Positions 37,990 to 52,062 of a DNA stretch of 64,000 bases are shown here, in pieces. Made by a program: the position numbers and the translations under genes. The stretch is from Octopus sinensis (taxonomy: Eukaryota): positions 31,744,001 through 31,808,000 of the forward strand of contig NC_042999.1 of assembly GCF_006345805.1 (NCBI RefSeq), written 5' to 3'. The first letter of the stretch is position 1. The number at the start of each line of letters is the position of its first letter. The notes beneath the pieces are model-generated. The model saw only the letters and a list, made by a program, of their open reading frames with translations, was not told where the DNA came from and did no database searches.

Positions 37990-38560
37990 AAACCGTCCAC
38001 AGATGTCCATTCAGGGCGACGAATTACCACTGGGGATCAACAATGGATCTACTTTCGTAATCTTAATTAAAACATCAGTGACTTCATTTAAGTCACTCTT
38101 CAATACCTCTTGTCAGAAAAGGTGGTCCGAACAAAAGGTCATGTTGAAAGTGTGGTGGTATTTTGAGTGTGGTGCTGAACACGGAGCTTACCTCGGGTGG
38201 CCATGTTCTGAATTTCTAAATTATAATCTTTATGCTCAAAACTGCAGCTTGTATAAGGGTCTTTGAAGATTCGTCATCTGACACTGGCCAATCGAAGGCA
38301 ACCACTCTTACAGCATGAAAATGCTTTAGTGCACTCTGCCCAATGTGATCGAATGTAAATGTAAGAAACTTGAGGGGATGAGTGCTATCTTACTCTGCCC
38401 AAAGCCCAAGCTTTGCACCATCAGATTACCACCTTTTCCGAGTCATGGTACATTTTCTGCGGGGATCGAGATACAACTATATGGACAAGGTTAAAATGTG
38501 TTTTGGGCTCCAAACAAGCATTATCACTATTAGTACATGATTGAAATAAATCGAAAAACT
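37990..38560 (+). mobile_element. Mariner transposase catalytic-domain relic
   Basis: RRITTGDQQWIYF, QKVMLKVWWYFE, LLQHENA, PSFAPSDYHLFRVMVHFLRG. Confidence 0.85.
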
Positions 38561-38817
38561 CCAGTCTGTTTTTTTTTCAAGCAACCTGGTATGCAACGAC
38601 AGGTTACAAGAACAGCTTATATAACGAAATCAGATGATATCGAGAGAATCTCAACATAGGAAACACTTAGTAGCGTTCGCACGATTTGAACTTATACTTC
38701 GTCCTTACTGAAGACGAAGTCAGCAGAGTAGAGGGTGGTTATATGGAGAATTCAAGGAAGCTGAGGGGGAGAAAAGGAATCAAGTAAACAGATAAAACAA
38801 AAGGGTTTTAATGCACA

Positions 38818-38881
<64 letters not shown>

Positions 38882-38887
38882 CATACT

Positions 38888-38929
<42 letters not shown>

Positions 38930-38931
<2 letters not shown>

Positions 38932-39127
38932 ATCCAAACAAGAAAGCACAAAAAAACACAACAACGCGAGGACGTGGAACAAATATAGTATTATTGGACG
39001 CTCAGGAAAGAGGGAAAGAAGGAGGGTCTAACGTTTCGAGCGGAGCTCTTCGTCGGAAACATAGGAGAAGGAAAGATCAAGAGAAGGGGAGACAGAGGAA
39101 AAAAATCGCCAACGGTACACACGAGGT

Positions 39128-39130
<3 letters not shown>
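38930..39130 (-). mobile_element. Penelope-type pLTR-like repeat with minimal hammerhead-like motif
   Basis: Minus strand CCGACGA-A-GAGC-TCC-GCTC-GAAAC-GT at 39056-39031 with downstream GCGTC and ACGTC partners. Confidence 0.6.
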
Positions 39131-39175
<45 letters not shown>

Positions 39176-39194
39176 ACACACACATATATATATA

Positions 39195-39272
<78 letters not shown>

Positions 39273-39585
39273 TGTATACATGTAAAAAGTGAAAGCAAAC
39301 TTAAAAATACCAGATGATTAACTATCAACTATAAAAATATATACATTTACTATTGAGCAAACTTCTTCAGATTACATACTCTCAAAGAATAAGAGGCTAG
39401 AAGGCATTAGAAGTTGGACAGGTGAATCTGAGAGCTTGGAGTTAAATAATAATGTTGGTAGATGTAGTTCATTAAAAAGTTTCAGCTAGTAATTTAAGCA
39501 AACATTAGTAAACTCCAGACGCTCCTGCATCAGAATGGATAGATAAAAATTTAATCTGGTTAGGTAGACAAATGGATACTCTATA

Positions 39586-39801
39586 TGACGTCGTGCTGAA
39601 AAAGTTCCTGGCTTTGGTAAAAATAAATTACTGGAGAATAAGTTAATTATGAATTTATTCAACATATTCAACTCTCAAATTCACACAACTATTGCAGATG
39701 TCCTTGTCTTTTTAAGCTAATTACAAGAACTAGAAATGTTGGGTCTCAAACCAGACTTTTAACGATACCCTTGAAACCAGGGAATTTTCAGCACCATCTC
39801 G
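39586..39801. mobile_element. Mariner-derived MITE
   Basis: gtgctgaaaaagttcctggcttt / aaaccagggaattttcagcac inverted ends. Confidence 0.7.
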
Positions 39802-40629
39802 GTTATACATGTGTGTATGTGCGTGTGATATGTGTACGTATGCATGTGTGTGCGCCTGTGTGAGAATAACACATGAGGAAGAGTAACACAAGCTAGACAA
39901 ACCTTAAACTAAGGAGGGTTGCGTGTATTGGTTTAAGACGCAATTGTTATTTCACGGAAATTGCTAACTTCCTATGAAAATATAAAATTAATCAGCATAA
40001 ATATCACTTCAATGAACCATTTCGCAACCCTCTATAAATGCTGGTCGTGGTAGTTCGTTGTATCATTGTATAAATGGCACGGAGAAATGAATATTGAAAT
40101 AACCAGCACATTCTTGAACTGTTAGTATTATTTTCTTCGACTATGATAGAATACATAGCAAAACAACAGAACACTACAAAATAATATAACAGACTGAAAT
40201 TAATACCGTAGAAGTTACTTCTTATATGATATTTTATAATGATAATTTTATCACGTGGTTATTGTTATCAAACTGAATCATGCGAATTTCCGCTCAAAAG
40301 TCGACTTCCAATGTATTTGGTAACAATGAGGAACCTGCAATACAAAATCGAGTGTTATAGGAATTGCAAAGAAGCCGTTTACTCAGCTGTGAGAAAGAAG
40401 AGGCTGAAATGATTTATTGATTGATACTGATGTGAATTGATGAGATGGAATCTTCGAGAGACAGCAAATCTATATCAATAAATTAAGCTAAGAGGGATGG
40501 GAAAATGGACTTGACATTATACGCATATCTCCAGATTGAAGTAGCTGGGTTCATTAAAAACCTCTTTGGTATATTGTTTGTTGGCATAATATAGGCAATT
40601 TTTTGAAGCTGTTTTATTTTTTAAATCAG

Positions 40630-41900
40630 TGAGTTGACAGTATTATTAGCACACCTGACAAAATATTTTGTGACATTTCGTTCCAGCTTTACTTTCTGAG
40701 TTCAAATGTCAGCGAGGTCGAATTTGTCTTTCATCATTTCGGGGTAGATAAAATAAGTATCACTCAAACACACGAATCGATGCATCCAACTAGCACCCTC
40801 ACCCTAAAATTGCTAGACGTGTGCCAATACTTGAAATCATAATTATAAGGGTTTTTTTTCTTCGTTTTTAAGGCAGTAAGATGATAGAATTGTTAAAATA
40901 CCAGGCAACGTGCTCAATGGCATATCGTAATTCTGTATGTTCTGAGTTCAAAATTCCATCTAGATCCGTTATGCCTTTTCTTCTTCCGGATTCTAGAAAA
41001 TAAGTATCAGCGTAGTGCTGAAATCGAGGAGAACTACTTCTAACCTCTTCTCAGAAACAGCTGAACTAGTGTTAAAATTTGAACCGAATACTCTAAATAG
41101 TTTTCTTAAGACAGTGAAATGGCAAAATTGGTAGAAAACCTGAGAAAATGCTTAGAGGTATTTTGTTCAACTGTGCGCTGATTTGGATTCTATAAAATTA
41201 GTACCATTGCAGATCCCTTTCCTTAAATTCTAAGCCTTCTGCCTATAGTACAAAAATAATAAAAGCAGTTTTAAATAAAAGATAGTAGCGTTTCTAAGTA
41301 ATGAGGATGAAGGATTTCATTTGATATCTGTATGAGTTATATTAAGAGAAAAAGAGTAGGGGTTGCCATATGAAAATATGGTTTCCAGCGCAGTGAAAGG
41401 TAGTTTACAGTGGTCGTACACTCTTTCCTTTTTCTCAATATACGAGACAATATAAAATGCACTATCTTTAAAGTTATACGACCACATATTAAATAACTCA
41501 ATACTGAATTCTTACATTAACACGGAGTGAAAATAATTTACTCGTAATATTGGTTTCAAATTTTGGTAGACGGCCAGCAATTTAAGGGGAGGGTAAAAGT
41601 CGATTACATTGACACTAATGCTCGACTGGTATTTATTTTAACATCAGATGAAATGTTGCTAAGTATTTTGCACGGAGTACTAAGAAATCTACCAGTTTGT
41701 AGCCACATTTACTCATAATATCAACTTAAATTCCTTCGCCTTTACGTTCTGAGTTTAGATGACACCGAGGTCTATTTTGCTTCTCTTCCTTTTAGAGGTC
41801 GGTAAAGTAAGTATCAGTTCAAAAATGGAGGCGGTTTAATTGACGTAGCCAAGTCATCCCAGTTGCTGCCTTTGTACCAAAATTTGTAATCAATATTAAC
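40630..41900. mobile_element. Cluster of about five degenerate copies of the 14100-14466 SINE family
   Basis: ttctgagttcaaa..gaggtc..ttt..gggg/gaggt.gataaaataagta core at ~40700, 40940, 41190, 41760 (+) and 41555-41650 (-). Confidence 0.7.
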
Positions 41901-42175
41901 CTAACATGTAAGGCTTTGTGCCAAAAGTTCAAATCAGTATTAACTTGAAGTAAATTTCATCAAATCATAAACAAATTATAGAAAAGCAATTAGAAAGATC
42001 AAATTCTTGAAAATAAGATTCCTGACATTTCACCGCGAGCCCACATACTGAAGTCGCTGTTACTATACTTCATCTGGGAGACAAAGTACTGTAAATATTT
42101 GCAATTTATGTATAATGGGAGAAACCAGTAATCACCATAATGATTAATTGTGCCAGAGTAATACAAAATCATAAG

Positions 42176-42851
42176 GACCTTTACCTTTTGACGTACAAAT
42201 TTAAAAACTAATTTTTGTAACTAAACACTTTCAAACTTCGAACTATGATAAAATGTGTCATATAAAAACTGTTTTACTCTTAGCATTTTTGAGAAAAACT
42301 GATATTTACGAAGTTATTTCACGTTATAGTTCTCGTATTTCGGTAATTTCAACCAATCAATGACGTGTATTCAACTGAATAAAATTACTGCCGTTGTTTC
42401 TCAACAACACTATCGGCGGTGTATATTTCGTTTGTCACTGTTATTTATGACATCGTTCGTGCGTTTGTACTGGTTTTAACATTTTAGGGTTTGGGTTTTG
42501 GGGTTAAGGTTTTAGAGTTAAGGTTTTATGGTTAGGGTCAGGGTTTTATGGTTAGGGTTTTAGGGGTAAGGTTGTCATAAATAACGGTGAAAAACGAAAT
42601 GTACACCGCCGGAAATTCTTGTTGACAAACAACAGCAGTAACTTTATTCCGATGAATACATGTCATGGATTGGTTGAAATTACCGAAATACGAGAACTAT
42701 AACGTGAAATAACTTCGTAAATATAAGTTAGTCTCAAAAATACTAACAGTAAAACATGTTGTATATGACACATTCTATCATAGTTCGAAGTCTGAAAGTG
42801 TTTATTTAAAAAAAAAAATTCTTTTAATCTGTACGTCAAAAGGTAAAGATC
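42176..42851. mobile_element. Foldback/MITE with ~280-bp TIRs and a degenerate (TTAGGG)n-like spacer
   Basis: ctttaccttttgacgtaca...ttatttatgaca mirrored by tgtcataaataa...tgtacgtcaaaaggtaaag; spacer ttagggtttgggttttggggttaagg... Confidence 0.9.
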
Positions 42852-43820
42852 AAATCATACTACAAAATTGTTAGAAAAAGAATGAAATATAGTCAAAGGC
42901 ATTAGTTTCTTATGGAGTTTATACTATTTTACGATACATGTTCTGCAACGAGTGAACATGACGACATTTTCAAAGTCATTCGTATATAAATACTAAGTAA
43001 TTGGTAATTCTAATGTCTCTTAGAGCAACACTGGGTCTAAAATTGACTTAAGTCGATTAGTGTACTATCCTATTTATTCTTTATCTTCTTTCAGTATATC
43101 TAATCCTCTGATCTACAAAACTAGACATCGGATAATCTGTTGCACATTATATCATAGCAGTGATTAACGTTATCAAGAGAAAAGTAAATAATATACAATT
43201 TTCTTTTCTAAGCGTTAATCCATTCCATTACTTTGTCAGAATATTCATAATATTACTAAGTACGTTAGAAAATATTGGAACAGAAAATATGGAAAAAGAA
43301 ACTAGAAGGCAACGAACCAGCTATTGGATGTTCACTGTTACTACTAATACCCAAAATGCGAGAATAAAAGACTCTGGTCTTACTCAAACAAATTACATCA
43401 TAATTAATATGGAGGGTACAAAGAATAAAAAGAAAAATCATTAGCTATATTATTGAAAACGTTTGGTCGAGTTTGAAACTGAATCAATTTACATTGCTGC
43501 TACAACAGGTTTAGCAAGTGACTCCCCAACTATTAACGTGTTCGAATAAATATTTGCTGTTTGCTTGGTTTTGCTTCAGATTATGCCATAAATGGAATGT
43601 TTCAATGAGGAAATTATTTCTGAATATGTATTATATAATTCAATGGCCGGTTTCAATAATTTGACCACAACTACAGTAGGATAGCACAGGTTTAAGAATG
43701 GCGAAAATATGAAAATACTTAATTCATGTGTATCTTTCGCTAAAACACTGGCATATACACACATAGAGTCACACCCGCACACATCCGCGAACTGACACGC
43801 AATTTATCTCACTCCCACTT

Positions 43821-43858
<38 letters not shown>

Positions 43859-44877
43859 CGTGCGTGTGTGTGTATATACTTGTTGAAGTGTATATGTGTG
43901 CGTTCATGTGTGTATTTGAGCTTGCGCGAGTTTGAATATATGCATATACAGACTTAAACACACACACACATATAATATATTGGAAATGAAATTCAATCTT
44001 GCTTGCTTGCAATGTTACACAGCTGAACAGCCGCATAATGGGAAAATACCATGTATTAAGGTTCTCCTAAAATGTGAATACAAACAGAATATAACAATTT
44101 TCGCGTAAGTCAGACAAGTGGTCCTTGGGATATTAGGAGTTTTGTGGGGCATAAATATCCAAAACTATGCACAATAGGAAAATACTCCGAAACTAACTTA
44201 GCCCTGAAACAGATAATATTTTGATCATTTTAAAACTTGTTTTCAAGTATATACCATTACAGGCTTGGGAAACACCGGTTACATGGAAGGATAGGAGAGA
44301 GGTAGAGGCAGAAGGTTTGATGAATTAAGGAGGGACGAGAAAGAGAGAAAAATAAAGGAAAGGAACAGCGTGGGGTAAAAGTGAAGGGGAAGTGAGAATG
44401 AAGGGATGGCCAAGAAATGTGAAAGAGGGAGAGCATGAAAAAAAAAGCGTGGAAAGAAGAAATAAAGTGTGAAGAGGGCTAAAAGAAAGAGCAAAGGAGT
44501 CGTACAGAATTTAGATATATATATATATGTACTCAGATAAAGGATACCAAAAGTGTACGTGCGCCGCTATATGTTTCTATAAAAAAAGAAAACGAAAAAT
44601 GGAATAAGAAGATAACAGGCGATAGCAAATATCCGGACAGTAAGATTATACAAAAAAGTACAGGGAGAAACAAGGACGAATCATTCGGAGCTTCCTGACC
44701 TCAGTGGAGTTCCAGATCGTCTTTGCAGTTTCAGCCGGTTAGACTCGAGACTGCTCTAATCTGGCCGGCCCTAAGGAAATCTAAGCTAAGAGCACTAGAC
44801 ACCTTGGAAGAAAGCAAGTGAATGTAAACGAAAACAACACGCGTAACACACAAACACACACACACAGACGTTTATAC

Positions 44878-44958
<81 letters not shown>

Positions 44959-45239
44959 TCGTGTGTGTGTGTGCGTGCGTGCGTGCGTGTGAGTTACGCC
45001 TGATTGGAAAAACAAAAGAAGGAACTCCTGAACACATTTGGTAGAAGATGCATAAAACATTAACGAAGATCAGCTTTGCTGGGATCCATGCAACACGTCA
45101 TAAAATAACGTAAGTTCCATGGAACCGAATTCAATTGTTATTAGATGATATATACAATGACATTGACATTTGAATACGCCTGTGTGTGATTTTTGTGTAT
45201 GCAAGTTTAAAAAGATAAACATTTTGGAACTATCTAGAC

Positions 45240-45473
45240 CCGTGTTTCGTAACCCTGGTCCATATAGCCCTTCTGGGGCCAGAGAAGAGTTTCTCCTTAA
45301 AATTTGTTCGCAATAAATTTCTCATACATCTACTTTTTGTTATACGGTTCCTAATAGTATTTAATTATAAAAATATATAATTCTTTAAGCATCGAACAGC
45401 TAGTGGGGTCCATCCAAGTAAACTAGTAGAAATCAAAGGAGTCCATAGATATAAATGGTTGAGAGCAACACTC
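45240..45473. mobile_element. Probable hAT MITE, degenerate
   Basis: Ends ccgtgtttcgtaacc / ggttgagagcaacactc resemble those of 34809-35156; TSD not recognisable. Confidence 0.5.
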
Positions 45474-45704
45474 TACGTAGTACATGTCTTCATTTGGGGA
45501 CCCGTTCTTGAAAGATATTAGGCATTCGCTCGGCAAACGTTAAAAGTCTTCTGTTCTAACAATGTTGATATTTGATGACGATAGGTAATGGATATTTATT
45601 GGTCAACCAGAAATTTTTGTATGGGCAATTCCAAGAATCTCTCCCTCTGTGTTACATGTGTGTGCGTGCGTATGTGCATCTTCGTGATCAGGTGTTTATG
45701 TGTA

Positions 45705-46626
45705 TGAAGGAGGTGGGGCTAAAATATTGATCGGCCCACTATGAAAGAATGACGCTGCAGCTCTGAAGTTTTGTTATGCATTGATTTCACCTCCGCTTAT
45801 AATAACGTTATGATTTCTTGCCGGGTAAACTGACATCTGATTGTTCAAAGAACACTTCTAAAATAACTGCTAGTGATATTTTTTTAAATCGATTAAATTT
45901 GGCATCGACGTGTTATCAAGTACCTGCAGGAAACAGGATATTTATTCTGACATGGTAACTAAATTAAGATATGACGTTCCGGTATTATCAACTATGCAAA
46001 AGTGGACAGCTGAATTAGAAGGAAGAGGGAAAGTCTTCGTCCTAAACCAGGACGAGTATTGGGTTCATAACTTTGAACCATTAAAAAAGAAGCAACACAC
46101 ACAGTATAAATAATGCACCTTATTTGTTCCAAAGAAATCCGAGATCAATTCATCTCCAAAGAATGTGATGCCCTCAGATATTTTTAATACCGAATGCATT
46201 GTGTTTATTTACTATCTTCAAAATGACCAGAACCACGATGTAAAATAGAATGCCTACTTGCTAAAATAGTTACGAAAGACTATCAAGACCAAACGTCGAA
46301 GAAAACTGGCGAAGGTTATGTAGTTTCATCAGTGCAAGCTCCAGCATACGTGTCTTTGATTTTAATGGCTACTGTGTTTACCTGGCTTCAACTGATTTCG
46401 TTTCATTTGAAACCAGTGTCGCAGTGTCGATGACGTAATATCTGCTCTTGATTACATTTAGTTACCAATAAGGTAAAGGCTTCCTCATTAATGGGAAACA
46501 GGCACTGAAACACCGATGTAATCATTTTGTCGACCGCAAGGGGAACTATGTTTGGAAATAAATCTGCTTCGGTTAAATACCAAGAGCGTAACTCGGTCAG
46601 CCTGTGAACTTATCAATCGACCCTTG
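45705..46626 (+). mobile_element. Decayed mariner transposon
   Basis: DMVTKLRYDVPVLSTMQKWTAEL, QDEYWVHNFEP; right end tgaacttatcaatcgacccttg|TA. Confidence 0.75.
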
Positions 46627-47439
46627 TATGACCCTGAGAGAGAGAGATATAGCAAAAACTTCTATGGAAGACAAGATATTCTTAAACGGAAATGCAAGTT
46701 ATAAATACGTTTTCCATATTTAAAAGAAAACTGAATTATATTGTGAATGTGAATAACGACTGCCTAAGGATAGAATTGGGGCATAGATTAAATTTTTATA
46801 ATTTACACTGAAATATGTTTTTTTTATGATAATGTTAATTTGTTCTGTTCGTTTTGTTTTGTTTGTTTGGTCGTTTTTTTATTTTTTATTTAAAGAATAC
46901 TGACTACTGCATTGTTTCTTCAAAACACAATAAAAGAGTTATTGAAATGAACTCGTACTTTTCATTATTCAATGTTCGCTTTCAATATAATTCTGTAGAA
47001 CAATTGTTTTGTAACATAAAACAATTGTGCAAATTGTACAATTTGACCTAGTTAAACATAGAGAATAAACCGTACTCGTTATTTCAAAATGAAAACTGAC
47101 AAGTGGTACGAAAATTACAGTACACGTAATCATTTTAATATATATTATTTCATGGGAATTTTCGTTAAAGTATTTTTATAGAAAATATTTTCTGCTCTAT
47201 ATTATTTCAATCCTTTTAGTTTTTACGAGCAATACAGGCATTATGCTTGATAAATTGGGTTGTTTATGGAATTGCTCTGAGTGTCGAGTGGAAAGGATTC
47301 CCCACTCCAATCTTTGAAAATTGATGTTTGATTAACAAAACCACATTTGCCTATAATCATTATCTTCCTCATAAGAATTCTTTTCGGAAAATTGCTTTGA
47401 TATGCAACACTAATATATTAACTGGCATTAAATTCAAAG

Positions 47440-47560
47440 AGATGTACGCAGATACGTTCCTTTCTCTTGAAGAGCGTAGACTCGAAACGTAAAAGATTTT
47501 CTCACCTTCTCGAGCGTTAAACTAATGCATCTGTTTGCTCTTTATAATCCTGTCTTCGTC
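47440..47560 (+). mobile_element. Decayed Penelope-type pLTR-like repeat with hammerhead relic
   Basis: CTCTTGAA-GAGC-GTAG-ACTC-GAAACGT...GAGCGTT parallels the 39056-38995 motif. Confidence 0.45.
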
Positions 47561-47580
47561 TTTTGATTTTCTGTAAATTT

Positions 47581-47679
<99 letters not shown>

Positions 47680-47869
47680 ATACAGGTGGCTGTACCACAA
47701 AGAAACCAGAATATTACAATATTATTTTATTCACTTATCACCTTCAGAGTATTCTCTATTTGAAGGGATGCAAGAGTCCAGACGCGTTTTGTACTGTTCA
47801 ATGTATGTACGTATATATATTTACATCCATACATATATTTGTGCTTGTGTATATATAAATATTCATATT

Positions 47870-48035
47870 TGCAAGAGGGTTGTGTGATAAGAAGCTTAAT
47901 TCCCAACCACATAGTCCAGGGTTCACTCTCACTGCGTGGCACCACCGGCTAGTATCTTCTACTATTACCTTGGGCTGACCAGAGCCATATTGGTGGATAT
48001 GGCAGAGGGAAACTAAAAGAAGCTCATCGTATATA
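47870..48035 (+). mobile_element. tRNA-headed SINE, degenerate
   Basis: gggttcactctcactgcgtggcacc...cttctactattaccttgggctgaccagagcc...gaaactaaaagaagc, matches reverse of 51900-52062. Confidence 0.7.
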
Positions 48036-48299
48036 TATGTATATATATACTTATATGCATATAGGCGTAAGTGTGTTAGAACTGAGACAATGCGCATTCA
48101 ATATAACAATATTAATGATTTTTGCGTCAACAATACATCTAAAGTCATCCCTTCCTTTCTCTTAGCATTTTTTCGTGGTGGGCGATAACATTACTATTTT
48201 TCAACAATTCAGCGCATCAGTGTTTGCTCATACCCACATCCAAAAACTGGCACCCCACATGCACGCACAAATCAGTGTTCCAAGCTTTTATTACGTCTA

Positions 48300-48790
48300 C
48301 TAGTATCAGATTTTGAAGTTTTTGGAACAGTTGTTAGACTTGTCGTGTGAGACCGAGTTGGGTGATTAATTGAGGCATAACTTCGCAATCACTTGTGACC
48401 ATACCAAACACAATGATGCTGACTTGATATTTTATTTTTATGAAACTTTGTACATGTTTTGAGGACAAGGTATGCCAAGGTGTGTTCTCTGTGTTCGCCA
48501 TCTCATTCTGACAGAAAATTTTCTCGTCGGTGGAAACCTAGTACGTGTTAGGTTGGAAGGGATACTTGAGTTTGTTCAAAAGCTTCGTAGCACGGTCTTT
48601 TCCCTTGTCCTTGATGGCTTCGGATAAAAATTGTTTTTTCATCTTGTGTGAGGAATACCGAATGTCTCCATGCACTACCTGCCTCATGAACAGCTCAGTC
48701 ACTCCCATTACCCTGGCGATGCACCTAATTGATTGCAGATATCCTTGTTTTTCTATTCCACTGAAGCTCAAGAAATATGAAACAACTGGC
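48300..48790 (-). mobile_element. Tc1/mariner (maT/DD37D-like) transposase relic
   Basis: SIRCIARVMGVTELFMRQVVHGDIRYSSHKM, KLLNKLKYP, then TDEKIFCQNEM (first catalytic D motif). Confidence 0.75.
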
Positions 48791-51664
48791 TTTATTTATT
48801 AAAGTTGCAACAATTCATGAAATATTATTTAATACAGCAATCATCTAAATCGTTATTGGGACTTTAGTATTGGTTGATATTACTGTAACGCTTTATCCTG
48901 CATTTCTAATGTAATCTGCGACTACATGATTAACTATTTATTATGGTTATCTGGCTATCTGGAATTATTTTGCAGGAAATGTATATATACGTCCCTATTT
49001 TTTTCACGATCTTCTTACACAGTCAAATATCATCTCTGATCAAGATGATGAAGATAACCATTTAAGCGTCACCAATAGAATATTTCCTTTTTTATCCATT
49101 CTAATCTCACTTGTCTTGCCTTTATTTAAAATACAAATTACTTTCATTTAAAGGAAGTATGATTTTTTTTTCTTGAAGGACGATGTGACCAAACACATCT
49201 CCGTTTGTTGTTAAATTTAAAATCATGTTCGTCTCGCGTACTAAGTCAAACTCTTGAAATGTTATGGATAATCAAGGCAGAATAATCACCAACATAATCG
49301 TATGGGGTTTCGTATAAAAAAATAATTAGCAGAAGCTGAGACATTTTGCCATGAAGAAAAATGTCAAGTAAACAAAGGTTGCGTTAAGAAATAGAATGTT
49401 GCTTAATTAACGTCACGAAAGAAAAGAAACGCTTGCTATGCAATGGAAGTATATTTTAATTAAACTAGTCACGAACTAGAAGACAGCTCAAAGCTCACAT
49501 TTTATTTTTATTTTTTCACCTGATTACAATGAAAGTACAGATATATTTTCAAACAAAGAAGTTTTTAGTCATCATATATATAACTAAATAACATAGCTGT
49601 ATGCACTGTGTAACAGTAACATGTAGCTTTAAATAAGTGAATGTTCACAGCATAGTAGACATTATCTAAATCTTCATTGTAAATAACGTAAATTCGAGGG
49701 AAAAATGATGGTGTGGAAAGATGTTTGGTAATGTAAGAAGGACCTATTTGATAGACTTAGCTACACTATACTTGGAAAAGATACTACTCTATCAAACGCT
49801 ATTTTGTCGAAAGGCATTCTTGTTATTGCCATTCTGAATAATATGTGGCGAAAAAAATAACATAAATATCATTAACGAAATGCGCAATATATGGTTGATA
49901 CTAAATCGCTATTTAAATTCGAAAAGAGATAGTTTACAAAACACAGCAATAATAGAGACGCTGATGGTGTGATCATCCAGTTATTTCGCCGAAACCTCAT
50001 TTATTTCAAACGAATCTATACGTCTGTATTTTTGCATGATTCTATAGAATCAATGAAACTATAAATTATTTAATAGCTCCAATAACGCTAGGAGGAAATT
50101 ATATACCACTAGAAATGTCATATTTCAAACTGATTTTAATAATAAAAATCATGTGAAGTATATAAAATCATGATATGTGCTTTCAGCCATTTCGGCTGAT
50201 AGGGCAACTGGTTTTGAATAATATTTATAGCATTACTGTTGGAAAGATTCAAGTGAGTTCTATTATTTATTCTAGGAAGGAAAATCGTCATTTAGTCAAT
50301 GAGCTTTCTATATATACATGAAGAGATGTGAATAGAATTTAGGAAATACTAAATGACATTAGAGTGATCAACCATCAATTTAAAATTTCACTATGAAACG
50401 TTTAGGCGAAATCAAATATGTATTCTAATTTGAAAAAGCTAGCTGCTCTGGTAATAAAAGCTTCATGTCGGATCTAGAGTATTATGAGAAGTTGGAGCAT
50501 TTTGAGAAGTTAGAGTATTTGCGTGAAAGGAAGGGAAAATGATTGTGATATACCAACAGACTAAACCACTGAGATTTTCTGTATAAGGATGTAATTATTA
50601 TTTTATCCCACACCTCATCTATCTCCATATGTTGGACCTAATTCGCTAACGCATCAATACATTTTCCACTTTTCTCAAACCTCATATTTTCTCCCATTTT
50701 ACTTTTTCGTTTAAATTGCCTCCTTGTCAGGTTATCACCTTTATCTTTTTCTAATAGTTAACGAAATGAAGAACAAGACACTACCTGCACCACATTGTGC
50801 AAGCCTTATTAAATTCTATTCACGAAGAGCTTGGAATTGTTTCTCTCACCACCCTTCCGTCGAATGAAAGCAGAGCGAAATGTCGCGATGCAAGGTTGAG
50901 TTACTGGAAAAGCGAATTTGTGAATAACAATGAAATTTGATCGGTAATAGATGAGTTACTTTAGAGAAACAACTGTAAAGTAATTAAGACCATGTGTTTA
51001 GAGAATTAAGATTAACCAAGGTTCAGTTAACTTATAATCCGATTAAATCATTTGCCAATCAGAAAACTGTATTATTAGTATGAGAAAGACACCATAGCAT
51101 ATGATTACGAAGAGGTGAATTGGAAAAAAATTAGATAACATACTTCTCAACTATATTCCACCTCTTTGAATTTCCATTTCAAAATCCATCATGGACAAAT
51201 ATGTTTTCAGGTTTCTGGTGTCAGTAAGCACAGTAACAGTTTAAGCCGATGGTCTGATAGAACTCTTCGAAAGTCTAAATGAAGGTTTTCTGATATTAAT
51301 TTTGGATTTTTTAGTTCGAAATCCCACAGGAATTTAAATTGTTGTAAAGTTATTCAGTTTAATAACACTGCATAGTCTTTGGTAGAATTAGGAAAAGTTC
51401 ACTCATCAACAAGTTATTGAGGTTGAGCTTCGGTTCGGTTTCTGAATGTCCCATTCATACTCCTCCCATAGGTTTGATAATATCGCCTTCCTTCATTTGC
51501 AAGACATAAAAGGTGAAGGGCTGTTTCCTTCAATCCTGAATAATTGTTAGTAAAACTATAATTGTCGTCAAAATAATGTCAGAGAAAGAGCGTTGCATTT
51601 ACAGGGATATTCTTCAAACAGATATCTCAATAATGTAACAGGTGGGTTTTAATTCAATCAAGCA

Positions 51665-52062
51665 TAGAACTCCTTTACTATTTTACTTGTTTCAGTCACG
51701 TGACTGTGGCCATGCTGGAGCACCACCTTTAGTCGAGCAACTCGACCTGATGACTTATTCTTTGTAAGCCTAGTACTTATTCTATTGGACCCTTTTGCCG
51801 AACCGCTAAGTGACGGGGACGTAAACACACCAGCATCGGTTGTCAAGCGATGTTGGGGGACAAACACAGACACACACATATATATACATATAGATATATA
51901 CGACGGGCTTACTTCAGTTTCCGTCTACCATATCCACTCACAAGGCTTTGGTCGGCCCGAGGCTATAGTAGAAGACAGTTGCCCAATGTGCCACGTAGTG
52001 AAACTGAAACCGGAACCATGCGGTTGGTTAGCAAGCTACTTACCACACAGCCACTCCTAGCT
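51665..52062 (-). mobile_element. tRNA-headed SINE, bipartite, well preserved
   Basis: Minus strand head aggagtggctgtgtggtaagtagcttgc..ggttccggtttcagt; core cttctactatagcctcgggccgaccaaagccttgtgagtgga; central (AT)n. Confidence 0.8.

Noticed and set aside
42480-42572. True telomere or chromosome fusion site
   Set aside because: Short, degenerate, single orientation and enclosed by TIRs
51400-51536. LKETALHLLCL as an ankyrin or GPCR helix-8 exon
   Set aside because: Only a few matching residues, the frame closes after ~40 codons, and no companion exons were found
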